A DNA stretch of 63,453 nt, filler included, from Nemertoderma westbladi (GCA_032718475.1; 4 parts of 4 records of this genome joined end to end with filler, not necessarily neighbours in it), one strand, 5' to 3'; shown: positions 36,485 to 48,764, counted from the whole stretch's first letter. Numbers and translations are program-made. Notes: generated by a model from the letters alone, not told the origin.

Positions 36485-37959
36485 CCCCCCCCCCCCCCCA
36501 TCCAACCTGCCACATTAAACTTATTATATCTTAATAGTTGTTTATGATCTATTTGTTTATTTTCTTTTTATTATTTTTTTTATTAATTTCGGTTTTTATT
36601 TTAATTAATTGTCTACAGTAGTTTAGTAATAATTTCAAAGATATTCTATTTTAGTTATAATCATAAATATTGTATATTTTAGTTTTAATTTTAAATATTG
36701 TAAATTATATTTATAGTTTTAATGATTCTCTGTCTTCTGGTCTTAGTTATGATTTTAAATATTGTCCATTTTAGTTATAGTTTTAAAGATTCTCTGTCTT
36801 AGTTATGATTTTAAATATTGTATATTTCAGTTAGAATTTTAAATATTGTATATTTCAGTTAGAATTTTAAATATTGTCTATTTTTGCATTATTCCCCGAG
36901 GACGCTCATGGAAACGAAGTTTTACCTCATGAGGCAATCCTCTAGCGCCACCTCACTCAAATTTGCGTTGCAGTATCACAGTATTACTACAGTATCAGAC
37001 AAACTATTTTCTATTTTTTTTTATATGGCCTGCTTCTCCGTTGAATATGTACAGTAATTTGTTCTTAGTACTGTTTTTAAAATAATAACAATTTTATTTT
37101 AAAGAATGCGGGAGGCGAATTTTCATTTCAATTTAAGTTAATTATAATCCCGCACTTAATGTAATCAACCACTGCCATATTTTATTGAACATATCAAAGT
37201 TTTAATTAGACAGTTAGAATGTAATCTTATACATGTTTTTTACCTTTACTTTTAATGCATTTGTGTCCGTATTTTAATATACGTGTTTGCGTTCGAAATC
37301 GATTCTAAAATATTTGGTGGCATCATATCCTCCCATTCATTGTTTCATTATTTTACTGTGAATTGTAATAATTGTATACTTAGTCAGTTAGTGAATATAT
37401 TATACTTGTGACCTCCTACATAGTCAGGTCATGTTTGTTTAGTTTAAGAAGATATAATTTGTTTCTATTAGCGTCTCTATTTATTGTTTCTATAGTGTTT
37501 TGGTGTAATAAAAAACTTCAACTTCAGCTGTATAGTCTGATCAGCTGATAGTTTGACGAAATTTGTGCGAAATTTATAATTTTATTGTTATATAGGCCTA
37601 CTGCTGTACTGATATAGCTCTAGTCTTAGTCCATTACTCTGGTACCGGTAGTCATTTTGAATGAGTCAATCGGAGCCCTTTTGTAATGCAATACTTCCCT
37701 TCCACCTTCGTCCGTCATACCTTCAACCCTTGTCAGCTCAGCTGGTGTAAGTATTCTATAAATCATGATTTTGTATAATTTATAGGCCTATCTATAGACC
37801 TACTGTAAGTTTTACAAATTAATGACATGTCGGTGTCCGGTGTCTGGGTACCGTAACCTACTGTATTAAAGCCTATATCTGTGTAGGCCCTATACTGATC
37901 TAAGATAAATTGTATATTTAAGTTACCTATATCGACTACCGGCAGACCGGTACCACGTG

Positions 37960-38100
37960 ACCGGCGGCGTGATCCCAACTTATAATTCGTACGTCGTACG
38001 CGTTCGTCAGTCCGTCGTACGTCGTACCCGTTCGTCAGTCCGTTTACCTACTGAGTGACTGAGCAGATGAGCCTACAGTTTAACGAAATTGTAGTTACCG
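37960..38100 (+). promoter_or_regulatory. CpG-rich PSMD8 promoter/5' UTR region
   Basis: CACGTG and a duplicated TCGTACGTCGTAC(G/C)CGTTCGTCAGTCCGT just upstream of the ATG, in otherwise AT-rich DNA. Confidence 0.45.
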
Positions 38101-38106
38101 GTAGTC

Positions 38107-38295
38107 ATGACATCCGCTGTCGCCCACGCAATACCCAGTCATGGAAAATCCTCTTCTCGCAGTTTCAATACAAAAACCAAATTGCCGGAGAGTATCTTAA
38201 AACTGATTAAAGATAAATATGAACAGTTTAACCAGGAAATGTCCAAAGTGAACGTCGATGTCAGACGGGCTACACAGCTGTTTAATGAATTAAAG
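38107..38295 (+). CDS. PSMD8: 26S proteasome regulatory subunit Rpn12, exon 1
   Basis: ATG...QLFNELK|GTTGGC donor, phase 0; joins in frame to exon 2. Confidence 0.8.
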
Positions 38296-38690
38296 GTTGG
38301 CATTAAAATTCACCAATTTTCTTTGTATCTTTATTATTATATTTTTTTTACGTACCGGTATTTATAGGTTATATATTGATTATTTTACGTGATTATGGTT
38401 GTCAGAAACAATTAGCCCTTCACATTTCTGATTTTCCCTGTCGCGTTATGCAGTGGTTCAATCTGCAACTTATTTCTTACAACCTTATTTGTTTACTTAA
38501 TTTAAATTAGTCCTCAGGTGTAGGGCTAACACAAACTGTTACCGGTATTGCTGTTAATGCTGTCATGGCTCACCTATATCTCCTGAAGTGTCTAATATAA
38601 ATAATTGCATTAATAATCCATGCACACGCTTTGCATGTATATTTATTTTATGTTTATCCCTATATTCTATATTATATTTCCGTTCTGTAG

Positions 38691-38863
38691 ATAATGTTAG
38701 TACAACGTAGCGACTTCTTCGACCCCAGTTCCGATTCCCAGGAGTGTATATTCTTCGGGCGTAGCATCCACGAACTCGGGGTTAAACTCGCTATCTACGA
38801 GGGGAACAAATCCGCATTCCAGTCCCGGATGCACCGACTTAAGTTGTATTACTATGACGCGCG
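38691..38863 (+). CDS. PSMD8: PSMD8 exon 2
   Basis: TTCTGTAG acceptor; RSIHELGVKLAI...AFQSRMHRLKLYYYD matches recalled Rpn12 (RDILEIG...F.RYMAQLKCYYFD); donor GTTAGT, phase 2. Confidence 0.9.
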
Positions 38864-39212
38864 GTTAGTTCCGTTCGATACATTGGCCATAAACATTATT
38901 TATTTATTCATTTGGAAATAACTTCCTAATTATAATACTTTCCAATTAATAACAATGGGGGGGGGGGGGGGGTTTGTTGTCGCTGGACGTAAAGCCTTTC
39001 TCTTCGAATTAACGTCAATGTTAAATTATCAATTTATAAAAAGGCAAAGAATTAGGTTACAAAAATGGCAATTTTTCTATCCAAAACAATAAGTAAACAA
39101 ATAGTACAGGTTCCTAAATTATTATTTTAAGCTGCTGCTATTTGCATCGATTTTCTCCTGGAGAGGGATGAATTGTGAATGCGTAGCATACCAGGGGGTC
39201 TTTCTGTTGCAT

Positions 39213-39336
39213 CTTTCGTTGGGCACATATTAACAAAGTCGGCCATGACTTCCAGGTGGGATCGAACTGGTGACCTCCAGGTTATAAGTCTAGCGCTCAT
39301 TCATTGCCGACTTTGCTAAGATGTGCCCAGCGAGAG
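39213..39336. other. ~31-bp inverted repeats enclosing a minus-strand tRNA-like fragment
   Basis: Arms CTTTCGTTGGGCACATATTAACAAAGTCGGC / GCCGACTTTGCTAAGATGTGCCCAGCGAGAG; loop on minus strand GAGCGCTAGACTTATAACCTGGAGGTCACCAGTTCGATCCC. Confidence 0.65.
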
Positions 39337-39424
39337 TTATAATAATATGAAATCACTTAATTCACTCCAAATACCAATAATATACTTTCTGCTGTTATAT
39401 CTCAGTATACAGTATACCCCCAAT

Positions 39425-39665
39425 CGCCATGTTGTGAAGAATACCAGGTCTGACTAAAACCCAGGTTATAGAAGGACTGAAATCTAACCAAAACAGTAAA
39501 CGAATTGGTATCTGTACAGATTATAAGAATGAAATAAAATAAGCGCTATAAAACACTTAATAAGGTGAAATTAATTTTAAAATCTAATTCTTAATATATA
39601 ATATGAATAATTGTATATCCTATAGAATTTCAACCGATATCGAAATCTTGGTATTCTTCACATGC
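39425..39665. mobile_element. Second copy of the GAAGAATACCAGG MITE (PSMD8 intron 2)
   Basis: TGTGAAGAATACCAGG ... CTTGGTATTCTTCACATG; colinear with 6475-6700. Confidence 0.7.
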
Positions 39666-39716
39666 AGCTCTTTATTGGTTGTATTTTATTGGCTATATTT
39701 ATTGGTTATTCATCAG

Positions 39717-39864
39717 GTCGCGAGTTATGGAATCCTCTATGATGTGGGAGATGTTAGGATTAAATCTGTTGTATCTGCTGTCCGAGAATCGTCTGGCAGA
39801 ATTCCATCGAGAAGTGGAGAAAATTCCCAACGCCCAGTTAAACAACATTTATATTAAAGCTGTG
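39717..39864 (+). CDS. PSMD8: PSMD8 exon 3
   Basis: CATCAG acceptor; ESSMMWEMLGLNLLYLLSENRLAEFHREVE is the Rpn12 signature; donor GTG|GTGAGT, phase 0. Confidence 0.95.
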
Positions 39865-40394
39865 GTGAGTTAAATAACATTTATATTGAAGCTGTGGTGA
39901 GTTAAACAATATTTATATTAAAGCTGTGGTGAGTTAAACAATATTTATATTAAAGCTGTGGTGAGTTAAACAATATTTATATTAAAGCTGTGGTGAGTTA
40001 AACAATATTTATATTAAAGCTGTGGTGAGTTAAACAACATTTATATTAAAGCTGTGGTGAGTTAAACAACATTTATATTAAAGCTGTGGTGAGTTAAACA
40101 ACATTTATATTAAAGCTGTGGTGAGTTAAACAACATTTATATTAAAGCTGTGGTGAGTTAAACAACATTTATATTAAAGCTGTGGTGAGTTAAATAACAT
40201 TTATATTAAAGCTGTGGTGAGTTAAACAACATTTATATTAAAGCTGTGGTGAGTTAAACAACATTTATATTAAAGCTGTGGTGAGTTAAACAACATTTAT
40301 ATTAAAGCTGTGGTGAGTTAAACAACATTTATATTAAAGCTGTGGTGAGTTAAACAACATTTATATTAAAGCTGTGGTGAGTTAAATAACATTT
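39836..40394 (+). repeat. 32-bp tandem repeat (~17 copies) spanning the exon 3/intron 3 junction
   Basis: Unit AACAACATTTATATTAAAGCTGTG|GTGAGTTA. Confidence 0.97.
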
Positions 40395-40717
40395 AACATT
40401 TACTTTAAAGCGATATAAAAGCAATTAAAAATTACAAAATAAATTAAACTGCAGTATTTTACTACCGGTATATTAATTGCTTGCATTGTGTGCAAACGTT
40501 TTCTACATTTTTCGACTCCTTGAATAAAATTCCACCAATGATTTCTTCATTTTTCCTTATGTTTTCTTATGTGCTGGGGGGAAGGTAAAATACATACACC
40601 AATCCCTGGTGTGCCAGGGTTAGCATTTGGTTAGTTTTTTTCCCTAATGTATTAAGTGTTCCTTTTTATCCCATTTTTGGGGTTTATTTGGATCAAAAGT
40701 AACAATTATTGCGTTAC

Positions 40718-43467
40718 TAGCAAACCAGAGTCTTAAGTGCTATAAAGCCTAGCAAACTAGGGTCAAACTGCTAGAAAGCATTCCAAACCACGGTCAAACT
40801 GCTAGAAAGCATCCCAAACCACGGTCAAAGTGCTAGAAAGCATTCCAAACCACGGTCAAACTGCTAGAAAGCATTCCAAACCACGGTCAAAGTGCTAGAA
40901 AGCATTCCAAACCACGGTCAAAGTGCTAGAAAGCATTCCAAACCACGGTCAAAGTGCTAGAAAGCATTCCAAACCACGGTCAAAGTGCTAGAAAGCATTC
41001 CAAACCACAGTCAAAGTGCTAGAAAGCATTCCAAACCACGGTCAAAGTGCTAGAAAGCATTCCAAACCATGGTCAAAGTGCTAGAAAGCATTCCAAACCA
41101 CGGTCAAACTGCTAGAAAGCATTCCAAACCACAGTCAAAGTGCTAGAAAGCATTCCAAACCACGGTCAAAGTGCTAGAAAGCATTCCAAACCACGGTCAA
41201 AGTGCTAGAAAGCATTCCAAACCACGGTCAAAGTGCTAGAAAGCATTCCAAACCACGGTCAAAGTGCTAGAAAGCATTCCAAACCACGGTCAAAGTGCTA
41301 GAAAGCATTCCAAACCACAGTCAAAGTGCTAGAAAGCATTCCAAACCACGGTCAAAGTGCTAGAAAGCATTCCAAACCACGGTCAAACTGCTAGAAAGCA
41401 TTCCAAACCACAGTCTAAGTGCTAGAAAGCATTCCAAACCATGGTCAAAGTGCTAGAAAGCATTCCAAACCACGGTCAAACTGCTAGAAAGCATTCCAAA
41501 CCACAGTCAAAGTGCTAGAAAGCATTCCAAACCACGGTCAAAGTGCTAGAAAGCATTCCAAACCACGGTCAAAGTGCTAGAAAGCATTCCAAACCACAGT
41601 CAAAGTGCTAGAAAGCATTCCAAACCACGGTCAAAGTGCTAGAAAGCATTCCAACCAACGGTCAAAGTGCTAGAAAGCATTCCAAACCACGGTCAAAGTG
41701 CTAGAAAGCATTCCAAACCACAGTCAAAGTGCTAGAAAGCATTCCAAACCACGGTCAAAGTGCTAGAAAGCATTCCAAACCACGGTCAAAGTGCTAGAAA
41801 GCATTCCAAACCACGGTCAAAGAGCTAGAAAGCATTCCAAACCAGAGTCTAAGTGCCAGAAAGCATTCCAAACCACGGTCAAACTGCTAGAAAGCATTCC
41901 AAACCACGGTCAAACTGATAGAAAGCATTCCAAACCACAGTCAAAGTGCTAGAAAGCATTCCAAACCACGGTCAAAGTGCTAGAAATCATTCCAAACCAG
42001 AGTCTAAGTGCTAGAAAGCATTCCAAACCACGGTCAAACTGCTAGAAAGCATTCCAAACCACAGTCAAAGTGCTAGAAAGCATTCCAAACCACAGTCAAA
42101 GTGCTAGAAAGCATTCCAAACCACGGTCAAAGTGCTAGAAAGCATTCCAAACCCGGTCAAAGTGCTAGAAAGCATTCCAAACCACGGTCAAAGTGCTAGA
42201 AAGCATTCCAAACCACGGTCAAAGTGCTAGAAAGCATTCCAAACCACGGTCAAAGTGCTAGAAAGCATTCCAAACCACGGTCAAAGTGCTAGAAAGCATT
42301 CCAAACCACGGTCAAAGTGCTAGAAAGCATTCCAAACCACAGTCAAAGTGCTAGAAAGCATTCCAAACCACGGTCAAAGTGCTAGAAAGCATTCCAAACC
42401 ACGGTCAAAGTGCTAGAAAGCATTCCAAACCACGGTCAAAGTGCTAGAAAGCATTCCAACCCACAGTCAAAGTGCTAGAAAGCATTCCAAACCACGGTCA
42501 AAGTGCTAGAACGCATTCCAAACCACGGTCAAACTGCTAGAAAGCATTCCAAACCACGGTGAAAGTGCTAGAAAGCATTCCAAACCACGGTCAAAGTGCT
42601 AGAAAGCATTCCAAACCACGGTCAAAGTGCTAGAAAGCATTCCCCACGACAAAGTGCTAGAAAGCATTCCAAACCACGGTCAAACTGCTAGAAAGCATAG
42701 CAAACCAGAGTCTAAGTGCTAGAAAGCATTTCAAACCACGGTCAAAGTGCTAGAAAGCATCCCAAACCACGGTTAAAGTGCTAGAAAGCATAGCAAACCA
42801 GAGTCTAAGTGCTAGAAAGCATTCCAAACCACGGTCAAAGTGCTAGAACGCATAGCAAACCAGAGTCTAAGTGCTAGAAAGCATTCCAAACCACGGTCAA
42901 AGTGCTAGAAAGCATTCCAAACCACGGTCAAAGTGCTAGAAAGCATTCTAAACCACGGTCAAAGTGCTAGAAAGCATTCCAAACCACGGTCAAAGTGCTA
43001 GAACGCATAGCAAACCAGAGTCTAAGTGCTAGAAAGCATTCCAAACCACGGTCAAAATGCTAGAAAGCATTCCAAACCACGGTCAAAGTGCTAGAAAGCA
43101 TTCCAAACCACGGTCAAAGTGCTAGAACGCATAGCAAACCAGAGTCTAAGTGCTAGAAAGCATTCCAAACCACGGTCAAAGTGCTAGAAAGCATTCCAAA
43201 CCACGGTCAAAGTGCTAGAAAGCATTCCAAACCACGGTCAAAGTGCTAGAACGCATAGCAAACCAGAGTCTAAGTGCTAGAAAGCATTCCAAACCACGGT
43301 CAAAGTGCTAGAAAGCATTCCAAACCACGGTCAAAGTGCTAGAAAGCATTCCAAACCACGGTCAAAGTGCTAGAACGCATAGCAAACCAGAGTCTAAGTG
43401 CTAGAAAGCATTCCAAACCACGGTCAAAGTGCTAGAAAGCATAGCAAACCAGAGTCTAAGTGCTAGA
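40718..43467. repeat. Intronic minisatellite, 31-bp unit, ~88 copies
   Basis: Unit GCTAGAAAGCATTCCAAACCACGGTCAAAGT. Confidence 0.97.
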
Positions 43468-43696
43468 TTCTTGAAAATTGAAATATTTCCACAACATTTC
43501 GGTGCCCCTTTAGTTTCGGCCATTATCGTTGGAACTCAACAAAATATTTAGATGCCGTTTGTAGATTTGAAATCTCGATAAACTTCACCTTTCTGGATTA
43601 ATATATTAATTGCTAGTGTAAATTAGTTTGTAGTTACTTACTTAATTAATTATGAACAATGACTTTAATTAGTTTTTTTTGCTAATTGTTTCTCAG

Positions 43697-43812
43697 ATTG
43701 AGTACGAACAATACCTAATGGAGGGCAATTATCATAAGATTTATCTTGTTGGAGGGAATATCCCGTCGCCCGCCTACCGGTTCTTTATGAAGTCATTGTT
43801 GGATACAGCGAG
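43697..43812 (+). CDS. PSMD8: PSMD8 exon 4 (later exons not found)
   Basis: TTTCTCAG acceptor; IEYEQYLMEGNYHKIYLVGGNIPSPAYRFFMKSLLDTA(R); donor AG|GTGAGT. Confidence 0.95.
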
Positions 43813-44189
43813 GTGAGTCTGTAGTCAAAAACGAGAATAACTAGTATTTTCTTAGTAAATACTAAATAGCTAACATGTACTTATAATATTTTCAAAAAAT
43901 TGTTGCAAAAACTTGATGCGAATTTTGCGACTTTAGCGCAGCCAATATATTACATTAAACGAATTTGCGCGGTTTGCGAAATTCGCGAATTTTCCGTCAG
44001 TTTCTCTGCAGTAATTAACGCCAGGAACGGTTCATCTCATAATAATTGATAACAATTTTTGAATCTTATATTTTCCTTGAGTTAAAAATTTTACGGAGTC
44101 TGAATATGACGCTGTATTACGGTGTCGAGTTGAATACCGGTATTTTATTCCATTATAATGATCTTCATATTGCTATTCAATATCCCCAA

Positions 44190-44320
44190 TAAGATAAGTC
44201 CAAACAATTGATTCCCTTGTATCCAAAATTGCGAGTACGATAAATTGAAACTAAATATTTCTATGTTCACAACGTCAAATACTTTGCGGAAGTCCACAAA
44301 TGCAGTGTATTCTGGTGCCT
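44190..44320 (-). pseudogene. Short LINE RT fragment
   Basis: YTAFVDFRKVFDVVN motif. Confidence 0.5.
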
Positions 44321-44639
44321 GAACAGTATCTCCCAGGATCAGTTGTAGGAAACCGCACCCACACTGGACAACCCTAAGAGTCATTCCATCAACTCTCCTG
44401 TGGCCATCTTTGTCAATTTTGCCATGGTAGCGCAGAATATTACCGCGTTATCGTCGTTATCCACTGTACTACTACTAATGCTCAACTCTTTCTATAGTAG
44501 GCTGCAGTCCATTCCGTCTAACTCAAATTGAATTATTTTATATGATTTTACATTTTAATCTTATTAGTATTTAATATAAATAATAAATTAAATGCTTGAG
44601 TTAATACAATTATTTTATTCTTTAATTGTCAAGCTGAAG

Positions 44640-44773
44640 TAAAAAACCTTACCGGTAGGTATGCCAGTACAGTACGATACAAATACTAAAAATAAAAAAG
44701 CAACTGACCATTAGACGTTGCATGCAATCAGTAATCAGCTGACGGCTGTCAGCTGATCAGTAGGTTTCGCCCC
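44640..44773. repeat. Dispersed repeat with palindromic core; second copy at ~56736-56862
   Basis: AAAAAACCTTACCGG...TAGACGTTGCATGCAATCAGT.ATCAGCTGAC....CAGCTGATC.GTAGGTTTCGCCC in both places. Confidence 0.75.
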
Positions 44774-44776
44774 AAT

Positions 44777-44876
44777 NNNNNNNNNNNNNNNNNNNNNNNN
44801 NNNNNNNNNNNNNNNNNNNNTTAATTAATTAANNNNNNNNNNNNNNNNNNNNNNNNNNNNNNNNNNNNNNNNNNNN
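44777..44876. other. Assembly gap linker
   Basis: 100-nt N-run with TTAATTAATTAA. Confidence 0.99.
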
Positions 44877-46056
44877 ACGTATACACAGAGAAACTACAGT
44901 GCAGTTTCTCTTATATTAATTGTTAATCTGATATTGTATTATGTTATTAAAATAATCAATCTTGTCAATCATTAATCTTGTTTCACTAATTATGTTTCAT
45001 GTATTATTTGATTTTTAAGAATGTTTTTAAGAAAGACTTTAGGGCGCCGTAAATTCAATTTGTACTTGCGACCGAAACCCCATCCTGTAATGACCTCAGG
45101 AAGTTGCCCGCATGATATTGTTCCCCGAGAATGCCTCTGATCTGTTAACTTACCACGAGCTGTCAATCAGGAATACCTCGGAGTTTATTTCTCAAAGAAT
45201 TCAAAGTGCCGCAAACTACCTCAAAGTGACATTTCTCAAAGAATTCAAAGAATTCAAAGCGCCTAAAAGCAGGAAATCACTTTGAGATTCCCAACTAAAA
45301 GTCTCCACAAGAATTCAAAGCGGCCGTTGGGAGTAATGTAATGACTTTTAGACACTTTTAGGAAAAACTTTGAGAAAATCTCAAAGAACAGATGCACTTT
45401 GAGACCCCGACTGTATTGTATTTTCCAACGAAATTCGATTTTTGCCGTTTGAAATGTTATGCTACTTGCATTTTTCGTCCCACCTCACAAGCACCAAAAA
45501 TGATAATTTCATTATCACGAATGATTTTGTATCGTGATCAGCGATCTCGAAAACCTTTATACCATGATTGTTGAGTATAAAGATCTAAAAAATTTATAAA
45601 ATGACGACCACCCCCCCCCCCCCCCCCCCCCCCCCCATTCGGGACAATGACGTTGTAAAATAGCCCGGGTCAGATAGGGTTAATATATTGTTATACAAGC
45701 AAAATAACAATTTCATAAAATCTTAGAAATAAATAATTGATTACTCAAAAATATTTAATAATAGCTCTTTGCACCAAGACATACATTTTGACAAAACTCA
45801 AAAAAAATTACACAATAATATTAACACAATAATATTAAATACATACATACACATCGGTATAATAATAATATTTACATATACAGGACAGTAAATATCTAAT
45901 ACACTGTTATATATTTATTTTATATGATTTGATGCACACCCCGAAGGGTAGTACATGGAGTAGGAGGAGGAGTAGAGAATAGTGCAAGCGCACAAGGAAT
46001 AGTTGTAGAGAATAGTCCTTAGTATAATAATATTTTCTGATACAAGAAAGAATTAT

Positions 46057-48307
46057 CCCCCTGCAGCCCATGACATACATGGTATGTCACGAAGTAGGGC
46101 TCCATGGCATACACGGTTTGTCATAGATATAGGCGACAAGCCAAGCCGTTGAAACGGCTTGGATTCGATGAATCCTCGTCTGGATCTTCCGAAGAAGACC
46201 GGGATGACACTGCGGATGACATTTGGGTCGAGAGTTTGGTCCCAGTCAACTTTCTTTTCCGATACGGAGTCAATTCCTGTTGCATCTCCTAATAGAGGGA
46301 TGGGAGTTCCAGTTACGAGTTCCTGTGAAGAAGTGACGGGGAGACAGACCTGATAAACCTGGATAGGCCGTTCCAGGTTCAGGGACTGAAGTTTGGATGG
46401 CAGAATGGTATATAGTTACTACGGATTTTACTGTCGGAAACTACGTCGATGCTTTCATAACCGATAAATTGGACCAGTTACAGTGTGATTGCACAAATAA
46501 ACTAATCAATCAGCAGAGAGAACAATATCCTGAACTAAAAGTGAAAGATATCTCAAACTTACAGGAATTGCGATCGTTTATTGGGCTTATTCTTCTCATG
46601 GCGATTATAAGAAAGCCCACACTCCATGACTATTGGTCTACTCGTTAAATTATAGCAACCCTCTATATTCCCAATATCATGTCACGCAACTATTCACTGA
46701 AATCCTGAAGTATTTGTGTTTTTCTGATCCACGAATCGAAACTGATGAATCAACGAAACTCAATGATTTTATGAATGTACTCCATGAAATAATTTTTTAC
46801 ATACCTGAACAGGAACTCTCTCTTGACGAGTCCCTCCCCCTATTCAAAGGGAGACTGCACTTTAAACAATTTATTTGAATCAAACGTGCTCGCTTTGGCA
46901 TCAAATTATTATGTGACGTGACACCTTGTGCTACTTATTATCTACTATCGTTTATTATGGAGCAAAAACCGCGATTGAAGTCGATGAGCAAAACTCTGTT
47001 CTTTCAAAGTCTGAACTAGTTGTGGTTGCTCTCTTGAGCAAAATAAACTATCTCGATGTTGGTTGCCATGTCAACCTTGACAACTGGAATTGTAGCCTCC
47101 GGCTAGCCAAATTTCTGGATGAACGAAACACTGGAATGAGGGGGACTATAAGAGAGAACCGAGGTGTACCAGCTGTTTTAAAGAACAAAACTATGAACCC
47201 CATCTTGTCTGCATTTACCAGGATTGATAATGAGGGCGGATCAGTTCTGATGATCAAGTTCTGCGATAAGAGAAGAGTGTACTTCATTTAGACAATCGAC
47301 CATGCGACCTTGTTTGAGAAGACTCGCCATAAAGTAGAGGGATCAGTCACATACATGAAACCATCTGCTATTGATGAAAATAACCTTAAGATTGGAGGTG
47401 TCAACGTGACGGACCAAATAATATCTCCAGCTGATTGTTGTCGTAAATCCTTCACTTGGTTCAAAAAAATCGGTTTACATTATCTAGAACGTTTAGTACT
47501 CAATTCATATATACTCTATAATAAAGAGAATCAAGAGAATCAAGATCAAGAGCGACCACGGTTGCTGTTAGACCACGATTTGGATGGACCTAGTCCTAGT
47601 ACTAAGCGTTGTAAGACCTTAGCTGTTCAACCTGCTGGTCAACCAGCTGTCAAACCTTCAATTCACGTCATAACCAAAATTCCACCAACGGCGAAGAAAA
47701 GTAAGGCCCCAAAAGCAGTGTCGGGTGTGTTGGGCTGCGAATATGCGGCGTGCTGTTATATATCACTGCTCCACCTGCCCATCAAGGCCGGGACATTGTC
47801 TAGGAAAATGATTCGAGAAATTCCACAATAAATAATGTAACTTTCATTTTGTAAACTTTCATTTACTATGAACAATTTTTGAATAATTTTTGGAATTTTT
47901 GAAACTTTTGAATTAATTTTATTTTGTTATTTGTTGTTTATTTGTCGTTTTTGTTGTTTATATTATTGAATAATATAATAGTTATACAGTGCCACACCAT
48001 TTTTAACAAATTTAACAAAAATATAAAATTTTTGCGTCATTGCGTTCTATGACACATGGTATGTCATGGATTACTGTCATCTAGGACTCTATGACATCTA
48101 TAAAAACGCTGAATTTTATGCGTAAAATGTTAAGAGATGGTTCCTACATACCTAGTGTCCATTCGCAGCACCACAACATCGCTTGTTACATTGCTATAGT
48201 ACCATAACAAATTATCAAAAATACTACTTTTTCTGGATCCCGAGCATGCTTATGTTATGCGTATGTTATGCTTATGCTTATTTTAAATGGCCATGGGCTA
48301 CAAGGGG
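46057..48307 (+). mobile_element. Full-length decayed piggyBac transposon (PGBD4-like transposase pseudogene ~46150-47830)
   Basis: TIRs CCCCCTGCAGCCCATG / CATGGGCTACAAGGGG; LSLDES..FKGRLHFKQFI, DNWN.S, GTIRENR, GGVNVTDQ and a C-terminal CRVC; many frameshifts; TTAT on both flanks. Confidence 0.92.
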
Positions 48308-48544
48308 TTATGGATCAAACACTAAAGTATTATTATATTTGCAAACCAAAATTTACCATAAAAGCTTCCACAAAATACTTAACTACTCCAACATAATAAA
48401 CAAGAGGCATAATTAACACTAAAGCAAACAATTTGACAAAACTCAAGAAAAATATCAAATTATACAAAATTCATTTATACCTAAGTATAAACACTAAAAA
48501 AAATATACTTGAAAAGGCAAAACAACATTTACCATAAAAATTTT

Positions 48545-48613
48545 CCAAAAAATACTTAATTACTCCAACATATTACGTTATGTAATATGTTGGAGTAATT
48601 AAGTATTTTTTGG
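48545..48613. repeat. Perfect 32-bp inverted repeat with 5-nt loop
   Basis: CCAAAAAATACTTAATTACTCCAACATATTAC-GTTAT-GTAATATGTTGGAGTAATTAAGTATTTTTTGG. Confidence 0.92.
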
Positions 48614-48764
48614 TTAAATTTTTTTACTTTATGACAAAACTCAAGAAAAATTTAAAATTACTAAAATCCAAAAATACTAAATACATACACAGTGGTATAA
48701 GAATAATTTTAATTTACTCTACAAGACAGTAAATATCTAAAACATTACATAGGCCTAGACTGTT

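Noticed and set aside
36890-36975. GC-richer island as a possible minus-strand exon
   Set aside because: Stops in the plausible frames and no convincing splice pair.
45920-46020. Possible PSMD8 exon 5 or other exon after the gap
   Set aside because: No resemblance to the expected Rpn12 continuation (DEIA.CIEKAY) in any frame examined.
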